From: Phyllobacteriaceae bacterium
GTDB taxonomy: Bacteria > Pseudomonadota > Alphaproteobacteria > Rhizobiales > Rhizobiaceae
DNA: 64,000 bases
Direction: 5' to 3'
Assembly: GCA_043776635.1 (NCBI GenBank)
Contig: JAYVRA010000051.1
Coordinates: 406 to 64,405, forward strand
The position numbers were made by a program, and so were the translations under genes. Below, in pieces: positions 20,615-29,947 of this stretch. Positions within the stretch are counted from its first letter, which is position 1. The number at the start of each line of letters is the position of its first letter. A model generated the notes under the pieces. The model saw nothing but the letters and a program-made list of their open reading frames with translations, did no database searches and was not told the origin of the DNA.

Positions 20615-21258
20615 GCCAGCACACTTTCGGCAAACAGTTTGAACGCCCGCGCACGGTGCGACAGCGCCTTGTTCATGCCCGGCTTCCAGCCATGCTTTTC
20701 TGTGGCGCTCATTTCGCCAAAGGTACGGGCGTGGCCATCCGGCTGGAACATCGGATCATAGCCAAACCCGTCTGCCCCGCGCGGCGGCCAGACCAGCGTT
20801 CCCGCCGCCTCGCCGCGATAATAAGTCGCCTCACCCTGCGGATTGCATAGGCAAAGCGTCGCCACAAATTGACCTTTGCGCTGGATAAGTTCAGTTGCGC
20901 CAGCGCCCAAAATTGCGTCTTCGACCTTGCGCATGGCCAGTTGCCAGTTGCGCGAACCATCGGGCTGAATTGCCCAATCTGCTGTATAAACACCCGGCGC
21001 ACCGCCCAGCGCATCGACGCACAAACCACTATCATCAGACAGCGCCATCAGCCCCGTGGCGGAGGCAGCCGCGAAAGCTTTGGTATAAGCGTTTTGTTCA
21101 AAAGTTGTGCCGGTCTCTTCCGGTTCCGGCAGGCCTAGCGATCCTGCCGAGACAATCTCAAAGCCGAACGGCTGCATGAGTTGCTGAAATTCCTTCAGCT
21201 TTCCGGCGTTATGGGTGGCAAGAACCAGCTTGGTATTTTTGTCGAGTTTCATGTCCAC
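20611..21258 (-). CDS. rdgB: Non-canonical purine NTP pyrophosphatase RdgB/Ham1
   Basis: 215 aa, [14 protein letters not shown] and FGYDPMF motifs. 4-nt overlap with hemW. Confidence 0.9.
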   Translation of the reverse strand: MDMKLDKNTKLVLATHNAGKLKEFQQLMQPFGFEIVSAGSLGLPEPEETGTTFEQNAYTKAFAAASATGLMALSDDSGLCVDALGGAPGVYTADWAIQPDGSRNWQLAMRKVEDAILGAGATELIQRKGQFVATLCLCNPQGEATYYRGEAAGTLVWPPRGADGFGYDPMFQPDGHARTFGEMSATEKHGWKPGMNKALSHRARAFKLFAESVLA

Positions 21259-21312
21259 CGCTCCGAAATATATTCAGGCAGTGGATTATTGCGTCTTGGC
21301 CAACATATCCAG

Positions 21313-21558
21313 TTAATTCAGCGCCACAGGCATAATGTTGTTGGAGCCAGCCGCTTCCATTGCCGCAGAGCGCTCATGGGCCAACAATATCGGCTGGCCA
21401 TCGGCGGCAAACAGCGTCCACACATCAATACCCGGCGCAATTTCCGAGAGGTTCGGATAAAGCTGGTTTAGTATGTTGGAATTCATCTTGCGGATATAGC
21501 CGACCTTGCCAGTGCCCAACGTCGCAAATTCGAAATCTGATAATTTAATCTTTTCCAT
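21313..21558 (-). CDS. DUF1150 family protein
   Basis: 81 aa. Conserved partner downstream of hsp20 in Rhizobiales (pattern ...VGYIRK...LFAADGQPILL...). Confidence 0.7.
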   Translation of the reverse strand: MEKIKLSDFEFATLGTGKVGYIRKMNSNILNQLYPNLSEIAPGIDVWTLFAADGQPILLAHERSAAMEAAGSNNIMPVALN

Positions 21559-21570
21559 TCTTTTATCTTC

Positions 21571-21996
21571 CTACTCTGACACTGAAATTTCAATGCGACG
21601 TATTAGCTTTTCCGGTTCAGGCCGCTCCAGGTCTACGGATAACAAGCCATTTTTTAATTCCGCCGCACCAACGCGCATACCGTCTGCGAGCACAAAGCAG
21701 CGCTGGAACTGTCGTGCTGCGATGCCGCGATGCAGGAATTCTCGGCTCTCATCTTCCCCGGACTGCCGCCCGCGAATCACGAGCTGATTGTCTTCCAGCG
21801 TCACTTCCAAATCCGCATCGGAAAAGCCAGCCACCGCCAGCGTGATGCGCAAACGCTCCGCGCCGGAAGTCACGGCAAGCCGTTCAATATTGTAAGGGGG
21901 GTAGCCTTCTCCACTTTTGGCAACGCGCTCCAGCGTACGCTCAACGGCATCAAAGCCTAATAGTAATGGATTAGAAAAAGCTGTTATACTTGTCAT
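21571..21996 (-). CDS. Hsp20/alpha-crystallin small heat-shock protein
   Basis: 141 aa, GYPPYNIERL...RITLAVAGF...ALPHA-crystallin core (IbpA-like). Confidence 0.9.
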   Translation of the reverse strand: MTSITAFSNPLLLGFDAVERTLERVAKSGEGYPPYNIERLAVTSGAERLRITLAVAGFSDADLEVTLEDNQLVIRGRQSGEDESREFLHRGIAARQFQRCFVLADGMRVGAAELKNGLLSVDLERPEPEKLIRRIEISVSE

Positions 21997-22065
21997 GTTC
22001 CAAGTCCTTGGATAAGCGACTTTATTTTAAGCAAACCCATGTTTTGGCATTTGCCCTCTAAACCA

Positions 22066-22096
22066 AGATATGGTCTTTTCAGGCACGCTCTTCAAG
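22066..22096 (-). promoter_or_regulatory. Sigma-32 (RpoH)-type heat-shock promoter for hsp20
   Basis: Minus strand reads CTTGAA-gagcgtgcctgaaaa-gaCCATATCT, compared with the consensus CTTGAA-N13-15-CCCCATNT. It lies ~70 nt upstream of the hsp20 ATG. Confidence 0.6.
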
Positions 22097-22137
22097 ACGC
22101 ATCATGAACTTCAAATAATAACAAAAGGAAAAACAAA

Positions 22138-23073
22138 ATGGCCCGCAAAATCATCATTGATACGGACCCCGGGCAAGATGATGCCGTTGCAATTTTGCTG
22201 GCACTTGCCAGTCCTGAGTTGGAAGTGTTGGGTCTGACCGTAGTTGCGGGCAATGTACCGCTGGCGCTGACGGAGGTGAATGCGCGTAAAATTTGCGAAC
22301 TGGCGGGCAAACCGCAGACCCGTGTGTTTGCCGGCGCCATCCGCCCTTTGATACGCAACTTGGTGACTGCCGAGCATGTTCACGGCCGAACCGGGCTTGA
22401 TGGTCCGGACCTGCCCGAGCCCACCATGCCGCTGGAAAGCCAATATGCGGTTGATTTCATCATTGAAACCATCATGAATAATCATGCTGGCGCGATTACG
22501 CTTTGTCCGCTCGGACCGCTGACGAACATTGCACTGGCGCTCATCCGCGAGCCGAAGATTGCGCAGAAAATCAAAGAAATCGTGCTGATGGGAGGCGGCT
22601 TCTTTGAGGGCGGCAACATCACGCCGACTGCCGAGTTTAACATCTATGTCGATCCGCACGCCGCCGATGTGGTGTTTCGCTCCGGCGTTCCCATCGTGAT
22701 GATGCCGCTGGACGTAACCCACAAGGCGCTGACCACGCGCAAACGGGTTGCCGCCTTCCGCGCTATGAATAGCCTCGTCGGGAATGCCACGGCCGAATTG
22801 CTGGATTTCTTCGAGCGTTTCGACGTGGAAAAATACGGCACCGACGGCGGCCCGCTCCATGACCCGTGCGTGATCGCCTATCTCATCAAGCCCGAACTAT
22901 TCACCGGCCGCCGCTGCAATGTGGCAATCGAAACCATGTCTGAGTTGACGATGGGCATGACTGTGATTGACTGGTGGAAGGTGACGGGACGTGCGCCCAA
23001 TGCCATGGTCATGGGCAATATTGACCATGAAGGTTTTTTTGATTTGCTGATTGAGCGGATCGGGACGCTGTGA
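22138..23073 (+). CDS. Nucleoside hydrolase (inosine/uridine-preferring family)
   Basis: IIIDTDPGQDDAVAILLAL aspartate cluster at the N-terminus. 311 aa. Confidence 0.9.
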   Translation: MARKIIIDTDPGQDDAVAILLALASPELEVLGLTVVAGNVPLALTEVNARKICELAGKPQTRVFAGAIRPLIRNLVTAEHVHGRTGLDGPDLPEPTMPLESQYAVDFIIETIMNNHAGAITLCPLGPLTNIALALIREPKIAQKIKEIVLMGGGFFEGGNITPTAEFNIYVDPHAADVVFRSGVPIVMMPLDVTHKALTTRKRVAAFRAMNSLVGNATAELLDFFERFDVEKYGTDGGPLHDPCVIAYLIKPELFTGRRCNVAIETMSELTMGMTVIDWWKVTGRAPNAMVMGNIDHEGFFDLLIERIGTL

Positions 23074-23107
23074 GTGTGAAATCCTACTAATTTTTAGGAC
23101 ATTTGGA

Positions 23108-23506
23108 ATGGCAGAAAAGAAAACTAAGCCGAATAGACTATAAATTGGCGGCTGTCTTAGCGGTGCAATTCGGTTTGAAGCGACCGCGCCAGCTCTAAAG
23201 CCGTATACATGCTCATGCAAACTCTGCCAACGGCACACAGGGTCTCTAACTTCGGCGTGGGTAGAATTTCCGAAGGAGGCGGTTGATTGGAATGGTGATG
23301 ATGGGGCGCCCTCACTCTATAGTTCTTCAAGTTTTTCCTGTCGCGCTTTCTGTCCTAAATGTGGAAGTTCAATAGGTGAAATAGACGATGCTCCTTCAGT
23401 CGCATTGCTACTTGGAACTTTTGACGCAAACAACCGAAAAGAATTGGCTCCTGGTTATCACTCATATCGTGGCTCCGGCCCGAAATGGCGGCATTTAGAG
23501 ACCTGA
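23108..23506 (+). pseudogene. GFA (glutathione-dependent formaldehyde-activating / CENP-V) family gene with an in-frame TAA at codon 12
   Basis: Not in ORF track. ATG 23108 (AGGA 8 nt upstream) gives MAEKKTKPNRL-TAA(23141..23143)-IGGCLSGAIRFEATAPALKPYTCSCKLCQRHTGSLTSAWVEFPKEAV...FCPKCGSSIG...*. The full set of GFA Cys motifs is in one frame. Confidence 0.75.
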
Positions 23507-23531
23507 CCGTAACTATAGCCCAAAGAAAAGT

Positions 23532-23963
23532 TTATTCCTCGCTCACCCGTCCCCTATTTTTCTTAATCCCGCTCCTGCTCGTCTTCTCGTTCAGCCGCCG
23601 TTCAATCGCGCCTTTGCTTGGCTTGGTTTTTCTGCGAGGCGGCGGGGGCGGGGTGGTGGCTTTGTCGAGCAGCGCGCAGAGCTTTTCGCGCGCGTCTTGA
23701 CGGTTGCGGTCTTGGGTGCGGAAGCGATCGGAAAAAACGATCACCTCGCCCTCTTTAGTGGCGCGTTGCCCTGCAAACGAAATCAGCCGCTCGCGCACGC
23801 TGTAATACATCTCGACGAGGTTTGTATCGAGGCGCAGCTCGACGGCGGTGGAAACCTTGTTGACATTTTGCCCGCCCGGCCCTTGCGCACGCACAAATTT
23901 TTCCGAAACCATAGCTTCGCTGACGGTCACGCCCCGATCTGAATAGATGATGTCGTCAGCCAT
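23532..23963 (-). CDS. arfB: Alternative ribosome-rescue factor ArfB (peptidyl-tRNA hydrolase)
   Basis: GGQ motif (QGPGGQNVNKV) and a basic C-terminal tail. Start at ATG 23963 with AAGGA 7 nt upstream. Confidence 0.85.
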   Translation of the reverse strand: MADDIIYSDRGVTVSEAMVSEKFVRAQGPGGQNVNKVSTAVELRLDTNLVEMYYSVRERLISFAGQRATKEGEVIVFSDRFRTQDRNRQDAREKLCALLDKATTPPPPPRRKTKPSKGAIERRLNEKTSRSGIKKNRGRVSEE

Positions 23964-24008
23964 GGTTTGATCCTTAAGCCCCGGGCTCAAAATGGCTGTT
24001 CATACGCC

Positions 24009-24047
24009 AAAAGAAAAGGTCTGCTGCGAATTCACTTGCAGCAGACC
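24009..24047 (-). terminator. Intrinsic terminator after pckA
   Basis: Minus strand reads GGTCTGCTGC-aagtgaattc-GCAGCAGACC followed by TTTTCTTTT. Confidence 0.75.
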
Positions 24048-24161
24048 ATTATTTGGCGTTCCAAAGCATTTTTAGCAAAAGTTAAAGCCGGGTCTGCGTA
24101 AAAAACGCGACTAAAAATGACGGGAATACCTGTGGGGGTTCCGGGGCGCCAATTTTTTTGG

Positions 24162-25775
24162 TTACTCAGCCGCTTCCAGCCAATGCGGCGCGGCACTGAG
24201 GACTGAGGCATCAACATGGCTTTCAAATTTGGTAAAGTTCTCGACAAACATCAAGACCAGTTTGCCTGCCTGACGGTCATAGGCCGCCGCGTCCGCCCAT
24301 GTGGAGCGTGGGTCCAGGATGGCGCTATCGACGCCCGGCACGGATACCGGCACTTGAAAGCCAAAGTTCGGGTCGGTGCGGAACTTTGCCTCTTTCAGCG
24401 AGCTGTCGAGCGCGGCACTCAAAAGCGCCCGCGTGGCCTTAATAGGCATACGCTTGCCAACGCCATAAGCGCCGCCGGTCCAGCCGGTGTTCACCAGCCA
24501 GCAATCGACTTTATGTTCAGCGATGAGATCGCGTAGCAGATTGCCATATTCCGATGGGTGGCGCGGCATGAAGGGTGCGCCAAAGCAAGTGGAGAATGTT
24601 GCTTCCGGCTCAGTCACACCTTTTTCCGTGCCTGCCACTTTTGCAGTGTAGCCGGATAGGAAATGATACATGGCTTGCGCCGGGGTCAAACGGGCTACCG
24701 GCGGCATGATGCCGAAAGCGTCTGCAGTCAGCATTATGATATTTTTTGGATGCCCCGCACGGCCCGTGTCGCTGGCGTTTGGAATAAAATGCAGCGGGTA
24801 AGCACAGCGGGTGTTTTCAGTCAGCGAGCCGTCATTGAAATCCGGCACGCGGTTTTCATCCAGCACCACATTTTCCAGCACAGTTCCGAAGCGCTGCGTG
24901 GTGGCGAAAATTTCCGGCTCGGCCTCCTTGGAAAGCCGTATTGTCTTAGCGTAGCACCCTCCTTCGAAATTGAAGATGCCATTTTTGCCCCAGCCATGCT
25001 CATCATCGCCAATGAGCGTGCGCGAGGCATCAGCCGATAGCGTGGTCTTGCCTGTGCCGGAAAGCCCGAAGAAAACGGCAGCATCGCCGTCCTTGCCATC
25101 ATTGGCGGAGCAATGCATAGGCATGACGCCCTTGGCTGGCAAAATGTAATTCAGTGCAGTGAATACCGACTTCTTGATTTCGCCGGCATAGGACGTGCCG
25201 CCAATCAGCACTGTCATGCGCGTGAAATCCACCGCAATCACTGTCTCGCTGCGCGTGCCATGGCGGGCCGGGTCCGCCTTGAAGGATGGCAGATCAATAA
25301 TGGTCAGTTTTGCAATGAATTCGCTCAAGTCCTTGCGGTCCGGACGGATCAGCAAATTGCGGATGAACAGCGATTGCCATGCGAGTTCAGTCACGATGCG
25401 GGTCGGGAGCGCATTGTCTTTATCCGCGCCGCCAATCAAATCCTGCACGAACAGGTCTTTGCCCTTGGCATGTTTAAGCATATCTGCTTTGAGCACATCA
25501 AACTGTTCTGTCGTCAGGGCGCGGCTGTTTTCCCACCAAATCTGCGATTCGCTATTTTCATCGCGCACCACGAACTTGTCCTTGGGCGAGCGACCGGTAT
25601 GCCGGCCTGTAATGGCCACTAAAGCACCGTGGGCGGTTAGTGTGGCTTCACCGCGCGAAACGGCTTGTTCAACCAGTTCGGCTTCCGGTAAATTATAATA
25701 GGCAGCCGCAAATCCCGTAAAGCCGGAGGCGTTTAGGGTGAAATGCGGGTTAACCGTGCCTATTGACTTCATCAT
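24162..25775 (-). CDS. pckA: Phosphoenolpyruvate carboxykinase (ATP)
   Basis: 537 aa. Kinase-1a motif [11 protein letters not shown] and high overall resemblance to PckA. Confidence 0.95.
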   Translation of the reverse strand: MMKSIGTVNPHFTLNASGFTGFAAAYYNLPEAELVEQAVSRGEATLTAHGALVAITGRHTGRSPKDKFVVRDENSESQIWWENSRALTTEQFDVLKADMLKHAKGKDLFVQDLIGGADKDNALPTRIVTELAWQSLFIRNLLIRPDRKDLSEFIAKLTIIDLPSFKADPARHGTRSETVIAVDFTRMTVLIGGTSYAGEIKKSVFTALNYILPAKGVMPMHCSANDGKDGDAAVFFGLSGTGKTTLSADASRTLIGDDEHGWGKNGIFNFEGGCYAKTIRLSKEAEPEIFATTQRFGTVLENVVLDENRVPDFNDGSLTENTRCAYPLHFIPNASDTGRAGHPKNIIMLTADAFGIMPPVARLTPAQAMYHFLSGYTAKVAGTEKGVTEPEATFSTCFGAPFMPRHPSEYGNLLRDLIAEHKVDCWLVNTGWTGGAYGVGKRMPIKATRALLSAALDSSLKEAKFRTDPNFGFQVPVSVPGVDSAILDPRSTWADAAAYDRQAGKLVLMFVENFTKFESHVDASVLSAAPHWLEAAE

Positions 25776-26028
25776 GCTGGTCCTTAGTTAAATTCAAGCG
25801 CAGGCCGACGGTGACATACGCCCTTGCCTCAAGACAGAAAAATACAATAGATTCAATTATTTAATCGATTTAAAGATTTTAAAAAGAGTATAATCGGTTT
25901 AAATGAACCGTGAATAACCAAGTTCATTAGTTTTGCCTTTGCCTCATTTTGTGCCACATTTGTCCTGCAACTCTCCGGCGCCCCGAAATTTCTAACGAAA
26001 GGCGCCTCCGATGAAGGATAATAACGGC

Positions 26029-26739
26029 ATGGCAACAATCGCGCTCGTTGATGACGACCGCAACATTCTCACCTCTGTGTCCATCGCCCTTGAGGCTGAG
26101 GGCTACAAGGTTGAGACCTATACGGATGGTGCATCCGCATTGGATGGTTTGCAGGCAAGGCCTCCACACCTTGCGATTTTTGATATTAAAATGCCGCGTA
26201 TGGATGGTATGGAACTTTTGCGCCGTTTGCGCCAGAAGTCCGATTTGCCGGTGATTTTCCTCACCTCCAAGGATGAGGAAATCGACGAGCTGTTCGGCCT
26301 TAAAATGGGTGCGGATGATTTCATCACCAAGCCGTTTTCGCAGCGTTTATTAGTCGAGCGCGTCAAAGCCGTGCTGCGCCGTAATGCTGCCCGGGAGGCT
26401 GGCGCTGCCGGTGCGAAGGGCGGCACCCAAGCGGCCAACACCATCGAACGCGGCCTGTTGGTGCTCGATCAAGAGCGCCACACCTGCACTTGGTCCGGCA
26501 AGCCGGTTACGCTGACAGTAACAGAGTTTCTCATTTTGTTCGCGCTGGCGCAGCGCCCGGGTGTTGTTAAAAGCCGCGATGCCTTGATGGACGCTGCCTA
26601 CGATGAGCAGGTCTATGTCGATGACCGCACGATTGACAGCCACATCAAGCGCCTGCGCAAAAAGTTCAAAGTCGTTGATGATGATTTTGACATGATTGAA
26701 ACGCTCTATGGTGTTGGCTATCGCTTCAGCGAGGCGTAA
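26029..26739 (+). CDS. chvI: OmpR-family response regulator ChvI
   Basis: [38 protein letters not shown]...[37 protein letters not shown] is essentially the ChvI sequence pattern. An alternative start is at 26011. Confidence 0.9.
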   Translation: MATIALVDDDRNILTSVSIALEAEGYKVETYTDGASALDGLQARPPHLAIFDIKMPRMDGMELLRRLRQKSDLPVIFLTSKDEEIDELFGLKMGADDFITKPFSQRLLVERVKAVLRRNAAREAGAAGAKGGTQAANTIERGLLVLDQERHTCTWSGKPVTLTVTEFLILFALAQRPGVVKSRDALMDAAYDEQVYVDDRTIDSHIKRLRKKFKVVDDDFDMIETLYGVGYRFSEA

Positions 26740-26751
26740 CCTACTCTTGAT

Positions 26752-28533
26752 ATGGCAATAGAGGCACAAAAATCAGGCACATCCAGAAACGCTGGCCGAA
26801 TTCCACGGCTGGCGTTTTTATCTCGCCTGTTTTTGCCCGTGCGCCGCATTCTTGGCCACTATGTATTCTCCAGCCTGACGCGTCGCATTTTGGTGCTGAA
26901 CCTTGCCGGACTTGCCGTGCTGGTGTCGGGCATTCTCTATCTCAACCAGTTCCGCGAAGGGCTGATTGATGCGCGCGTTGAAAGCTTGATGACGCAGGGC
27001 GAAATCATTGCCGGAGCGATTGCAGCCTCTGCCAGCGTTGATACCAATTCGCTGATGATTGATCCGGAAAAGCTGCTTGAGCTTCAAGCCGGACAGAGCG
27101 TGACGCCAAGCTCAGATTCAATTGATGCGCTGGAATATCCGATTGATCCTGAACGTATCGCGCCCGTCTTGCGCCGCCTCATTTCGCCAACACGCACCCG
27201 TGCGCGGCTTTATGACCGTGATGCCAATCTCATGCTGGATTCGCTGCATCTTTATTCCGGCGGGCAGATATTAAAATACGACCTGCCGCCGATTACCGAG
27301 GAAGACGCCAGTTATTATGAGCAGATTACGGCATGGATCTCCTCGCTGTTTCGACGTAATGATTTGCCGATTGATAAAGAGATACCGGGCGGCAATGGAA
27401 CGATGTTTCCCGAAGTCGTGAACGCGCTTACCGGCTCTAGCGCCACAATCGTTCGCATGTCTGAGCAGGGCGAGATGATCGTATCGGTTGCTGTTCCGGT
27501 GCAGCGTTTTCGTGCTGTACTTGGCGTATTAATGCTTTCTACGCAGGGCGGGGACATTGACCGTATTGTGCAAGGCGAGCGCAGCGCAATTTTCCGCGTG
27601 TTTGGCATCGCCTCGCTGGTCACGGCGCTGTTGTCGCTACTATTGGCATCCACAATCGCCAACCCGCTGCGCCGTTTGTCTGCGGCGGCCATTCGCGTGC
27701 GGCGCGGCGTGAAGGTTCGCGAGGAAATCCCTGACTTTTCCGAACGCCAAGATGAGATCGGCAACCTGTCTGTTGCACTGCGGGATATGACTACCGCGCT
27801 TTATGCCCGTATTGATGCCATTGAAAGTTTTGCTGCCGATGTTAGCCACGAGTTGAAAAATCCGCTGACCTCGCTGCGAAGCGCTGTTGAAACTCTACCG
27901 CTGGCCAAAACTGAAAATTCGCAAAAGCGGTTGATGGACGTCATTCAGCATGATGTGCGCCGCCTTGACAGGCTGATTACCGACATTTCTGATGCCTCGC
28001 GGCTGGATGCTGAATTAGCGCGGGATGATGCCAAGCGCGTTGATCTTGGCACGCTCTTAAACGGTCTGGTTTTGGCCGCACGCGAAGTCCGCCGCAACCA
28101 AGGCATAGCCATTGAGCTGAAAGTTGCCAACCCTGCCAGCGGTATAAAAGGCTATTTCGTTACCGGCCATGATCTGCGCCTCGGCCAAGTGGTAACTAAT
28201 TTGATCGAAAACGCGCGTTCGTTTGTGCCAGAGAAAAACGGTAAGGTGCAAATTGCGCTCAGCCAAAAGGCCAAACAAGTATCGATCGTCATTGAGGACA
28301 ATGGCCCCGGCATTCAGGCCGAGAAAATCGACCGTATCTTCGAGCGCTTCTACACAGACAGGCCGCCGACAGAAGCCTTTGGCCAAAACTCCGGCCTCGG
28401 CCTGTCCATCTCGCGCCAGATCATCCAAGCCCATGGCGGCACTATCACTGCCGAAAACATCGTTGATGCAAAGTCCGGCGCTATCACGGGCGCACGGTTC
28501 ACGGTGTTGTTGCCATCCTTTGGTGAAGCGTGA
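26752..28533 (+). CDS. chvG: Sensor histidine kinase ChvG/ExoS
   Basis: 593 aa: two TM segments around a periplasmic domain, HAMP, H-box SHELKNPLTSL, HATPase (GLGLSI). Confidence 0.9.
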   Translation: MAIEAQKSGTSRNAGRIPRLAFLSRLFLPVRRILGHYVFSSLTRRILVLNLAGLAVLVSGILYLNQFREGLIDARVESLMTQGEIIAGAIAASASVDTNSLMIDPEKLLELQAGQSVTPSSDSIDALEYPIDPERIAPVLRRLISPTRTRARLYDRDANLMLDSLHLYSGGQILKYDLPPITEEDASYYEQITAWISSLFRRNDLPIDKEIPGGNGTMFPEVVNALTGSSATIVRMSEQGEMIVSVAVPVQRFRAVLGVLMLSTQGGDIDRIVQGERSAIFRVFGIASLVTALLSLLLASTIANPLRRLSAAAIRVRRGVKVREEIPDFSERQDEIGNLSVALRDMTTALYARIDAIESFAADVSHELKNPLTSLRSAVETLPLAKTENSQKRLMDVIQHDVRRLDRLITDISDASRLDAELARDDAKRVDLGTLLNGLVLAAREVRRNQGIAIELKVANPASGIKGYFVTGHDLRLGQVVTNLIENARSFVPEKNGKVQIALSQKAKQVSIVIEDNGPGIQAEKIDRIFERFYTDRPPTEAFGQNSGLGLSISRQIIQAHGGTITAENIVDAKSGAITGARFTVLLPSFGEA

Positions 28534-29003
28534 ACACGGTTCACGGCGTTGCAGTGAATATTGCGGGAACCGGAATTCTTATTGCCGGACCTTCCGGTTC
28601 CGGTAAAACTGAGCTGGCGCTGGACCTTATCGATTATTGCCTCATACGCAAAACTGGAGCGCACTTGGTGGCCGATGACCGCGTTATCCTGCGCCAAGCC
28701 GGCGATATCTGGTTTGCCGGCGCGCCGGAAAATCTCAAAGGCCTCATCGAAGTGCGCGGTTCAGGCATTCACAAAATCGACTTTCTGCCGGAAACGCCAC
28801 TGCATTTGGGCGTCCAGCTCGTTCCAGAGGGCGAATCTATCCGTATGCCGGACCCTGAACCTGTTGAGATTTGTCCCGGTGTTTATTTACCTTGCCTCAC
28901 GCTTCCCCAACGAAACTTTACTGCCGCCCGCGCCATTTTGGCGCATTTGGGGATTTACGCGGGTGTCAAATCTCAGATTTTTGGTGATTTAAGGGTAAGT
29001 TAG
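28530..29003 (+). CDS. hprK: Short alphaproteobacterial HPr kinase/phosphorylase
   Basis: 157 aa with P-loop GPSGSGKTELAL. The GTG start overlaps the chvG stop (GTGA). Confidence 0.85.
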   Translation: MNTVHGVAVNIAGTGILIAGPSGSGKTELALDLIDYCLIRKTGAHLVADDRVILRQAGDIWFAGAPENLKGLIEVRGSGIHKIDFLPETPLHLGVQLVPEGESIRMPDPEPVEICPGVYLPCLTLPQRNFTAARAILAHLGIYAGVKSQIFGDLRVS

Positions 29004-29126
29004 CTAAAAAAATGCTTGCCTTGTGAACGCGCCTCGACAAGATACGTTCTTAACCATCTCTTGGTGGCGTGGGTTGTCAAGCCTCACAAATCGCACCCGC
29101 AAAGCGGGGCTACGGGAGCATACCAT

Positions 29127-29528
29127 ATGATCGGACTCGTGCTGGTGACGCACGGACGGCTCGCGGATGAATTTCGCAACGCTGTCGAACATGTTGTTGG
29201 TCGTCAGGATCATTTTGAAACCGTATGCATTGGCGCCGACGATGATATGGAAAGCCGTCGTGATGATATTTTAACCGCCGTTGCCCGCGCTGACAGCGGC
29301 GCCGGCGTTATTATTCTAACCGATATGTTCGGTGGCACGCCGTCAAACTTAGCCATTTCCGCCATGAGCGCGGGTCGAATTGAAGTCATTGCCGGTGTCA
29401 ATCTACCAATGCTAATCAAGCTCTCCAAAGTGCGCTTGGATGATGACATGCCCTGCGCCCTGAAAGCGGGGCAGGACGCGGGCCGCAAATACATCAATGT
29501 CGCCAGCCAATTACTCTCCGGCAAGTAG
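29127..29528 (+). CDS. manX: PTS EIIA component, mannose type
   Basis: MIGLVLVTHGRLADEF... with active-site His in VTHG. GGGAG 8 nt upstream of ATG 29127. The ORF is open to 29016. Confidence 0.85.
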   Translation: MIGLVLVTHGRLADEFRNAVEHVVGRQDHFETVCIGADDDMESRRDDILTAVARADSGAGVIILTDMFGGTPSNLAISAMSAGRIEVIAGVNLPMLIKLSKVRLDDDMPCALKAGQDAGRKYINVASQLLSGK

Positions 29529-29537
29529 GATTTTTTC

Positions 29538-29849
29538 ATGAGTGAAAACGAAGTTCCGGACGGAAAGAGCGAAGGCGAAATTCTGGTCCGTGAGTTTGAA
29601 ATCGTCAACAAACGCGGCCTTCACGCTCGTGCTTCAGCGAAATTCGTGACGCTGGTATCCAGTTTTAATGCGCAATTATATGTCGAAAAAGACGGTATGA
29701 AGGTCGGAGGCGATTCCATCATGGGCCTCATGATGCTCGCCGCCAGCCCAGGCTGCTGCATCACCGTAACCGCCAGCGGGCTACAGGCAGGCGAAGCGTT
29801 GACTGCGCTGGGTGCGATGATTGCCGATATGTTCGGCGAGGGTGAATGA
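29538..29849 (+). CDS. ptsH: Phosphocarrier protein HPr/NPr
   Basis: 103 aa, IVNKRGLHARASAKF (His-15 region) and GDSIMGLMML (Ser-46 region). Confidence 0.85.
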   Translation: MSENEVPDGKSEGEILVREFEIVNKRGLHARASAKFVTLVSSFNAQLYVEKDGMKVGGDSIMGLMMLAASPGCCITVTASGLQAGEALTALGAMIADMFGEGE

Positions 29850-29892
29850 ATAAGCGGGTTAAACGAATTTCCATCCGGCATTTTCACCACAT

Positions 29893-29947
29893 GGCTCTCA
29901 CCAAAAATCACCCCGACCATTTCGCCAAATTAACAGGTCCAGACCCT
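29893..29947. mobile_element. Fragment of the MITE (left end, inverted orientation)
   Basis: GGCTCTCACCAAAAATCACCCCGACCATTTCGCCAAATTAACAGGTCCAGACCCT is the reverse complement of the left TIR plus the GTGATTTTTGGTGAG block of the full copies. The benE stop TAG (29946..29948) straddles its tip. Confidence 0.65.

Noticed and set aside
23141-23143. TAA in the GFA gene as a programmed readthrough/recoding site.
   Set aside because: I see no known recoding context. UAA is the least leaky stop codon, and no downstream stimulatory structure is obvious. A simple nonsense mutation or sequencing error is more parsimonious.
25776-26028. Possible regulatory motifs in the AT-rich pckA / chvI divergent spacer (for example AATGAAC-N13-GTTCATT, near-TTAA-N7-TTAA strings).
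   Set aside because: The inverted repeat does not match the LexA direct-repeat box, and none of the TTAA pairs has the correct 7-nt spacing. I cannot support a specific site from the sequence alone.
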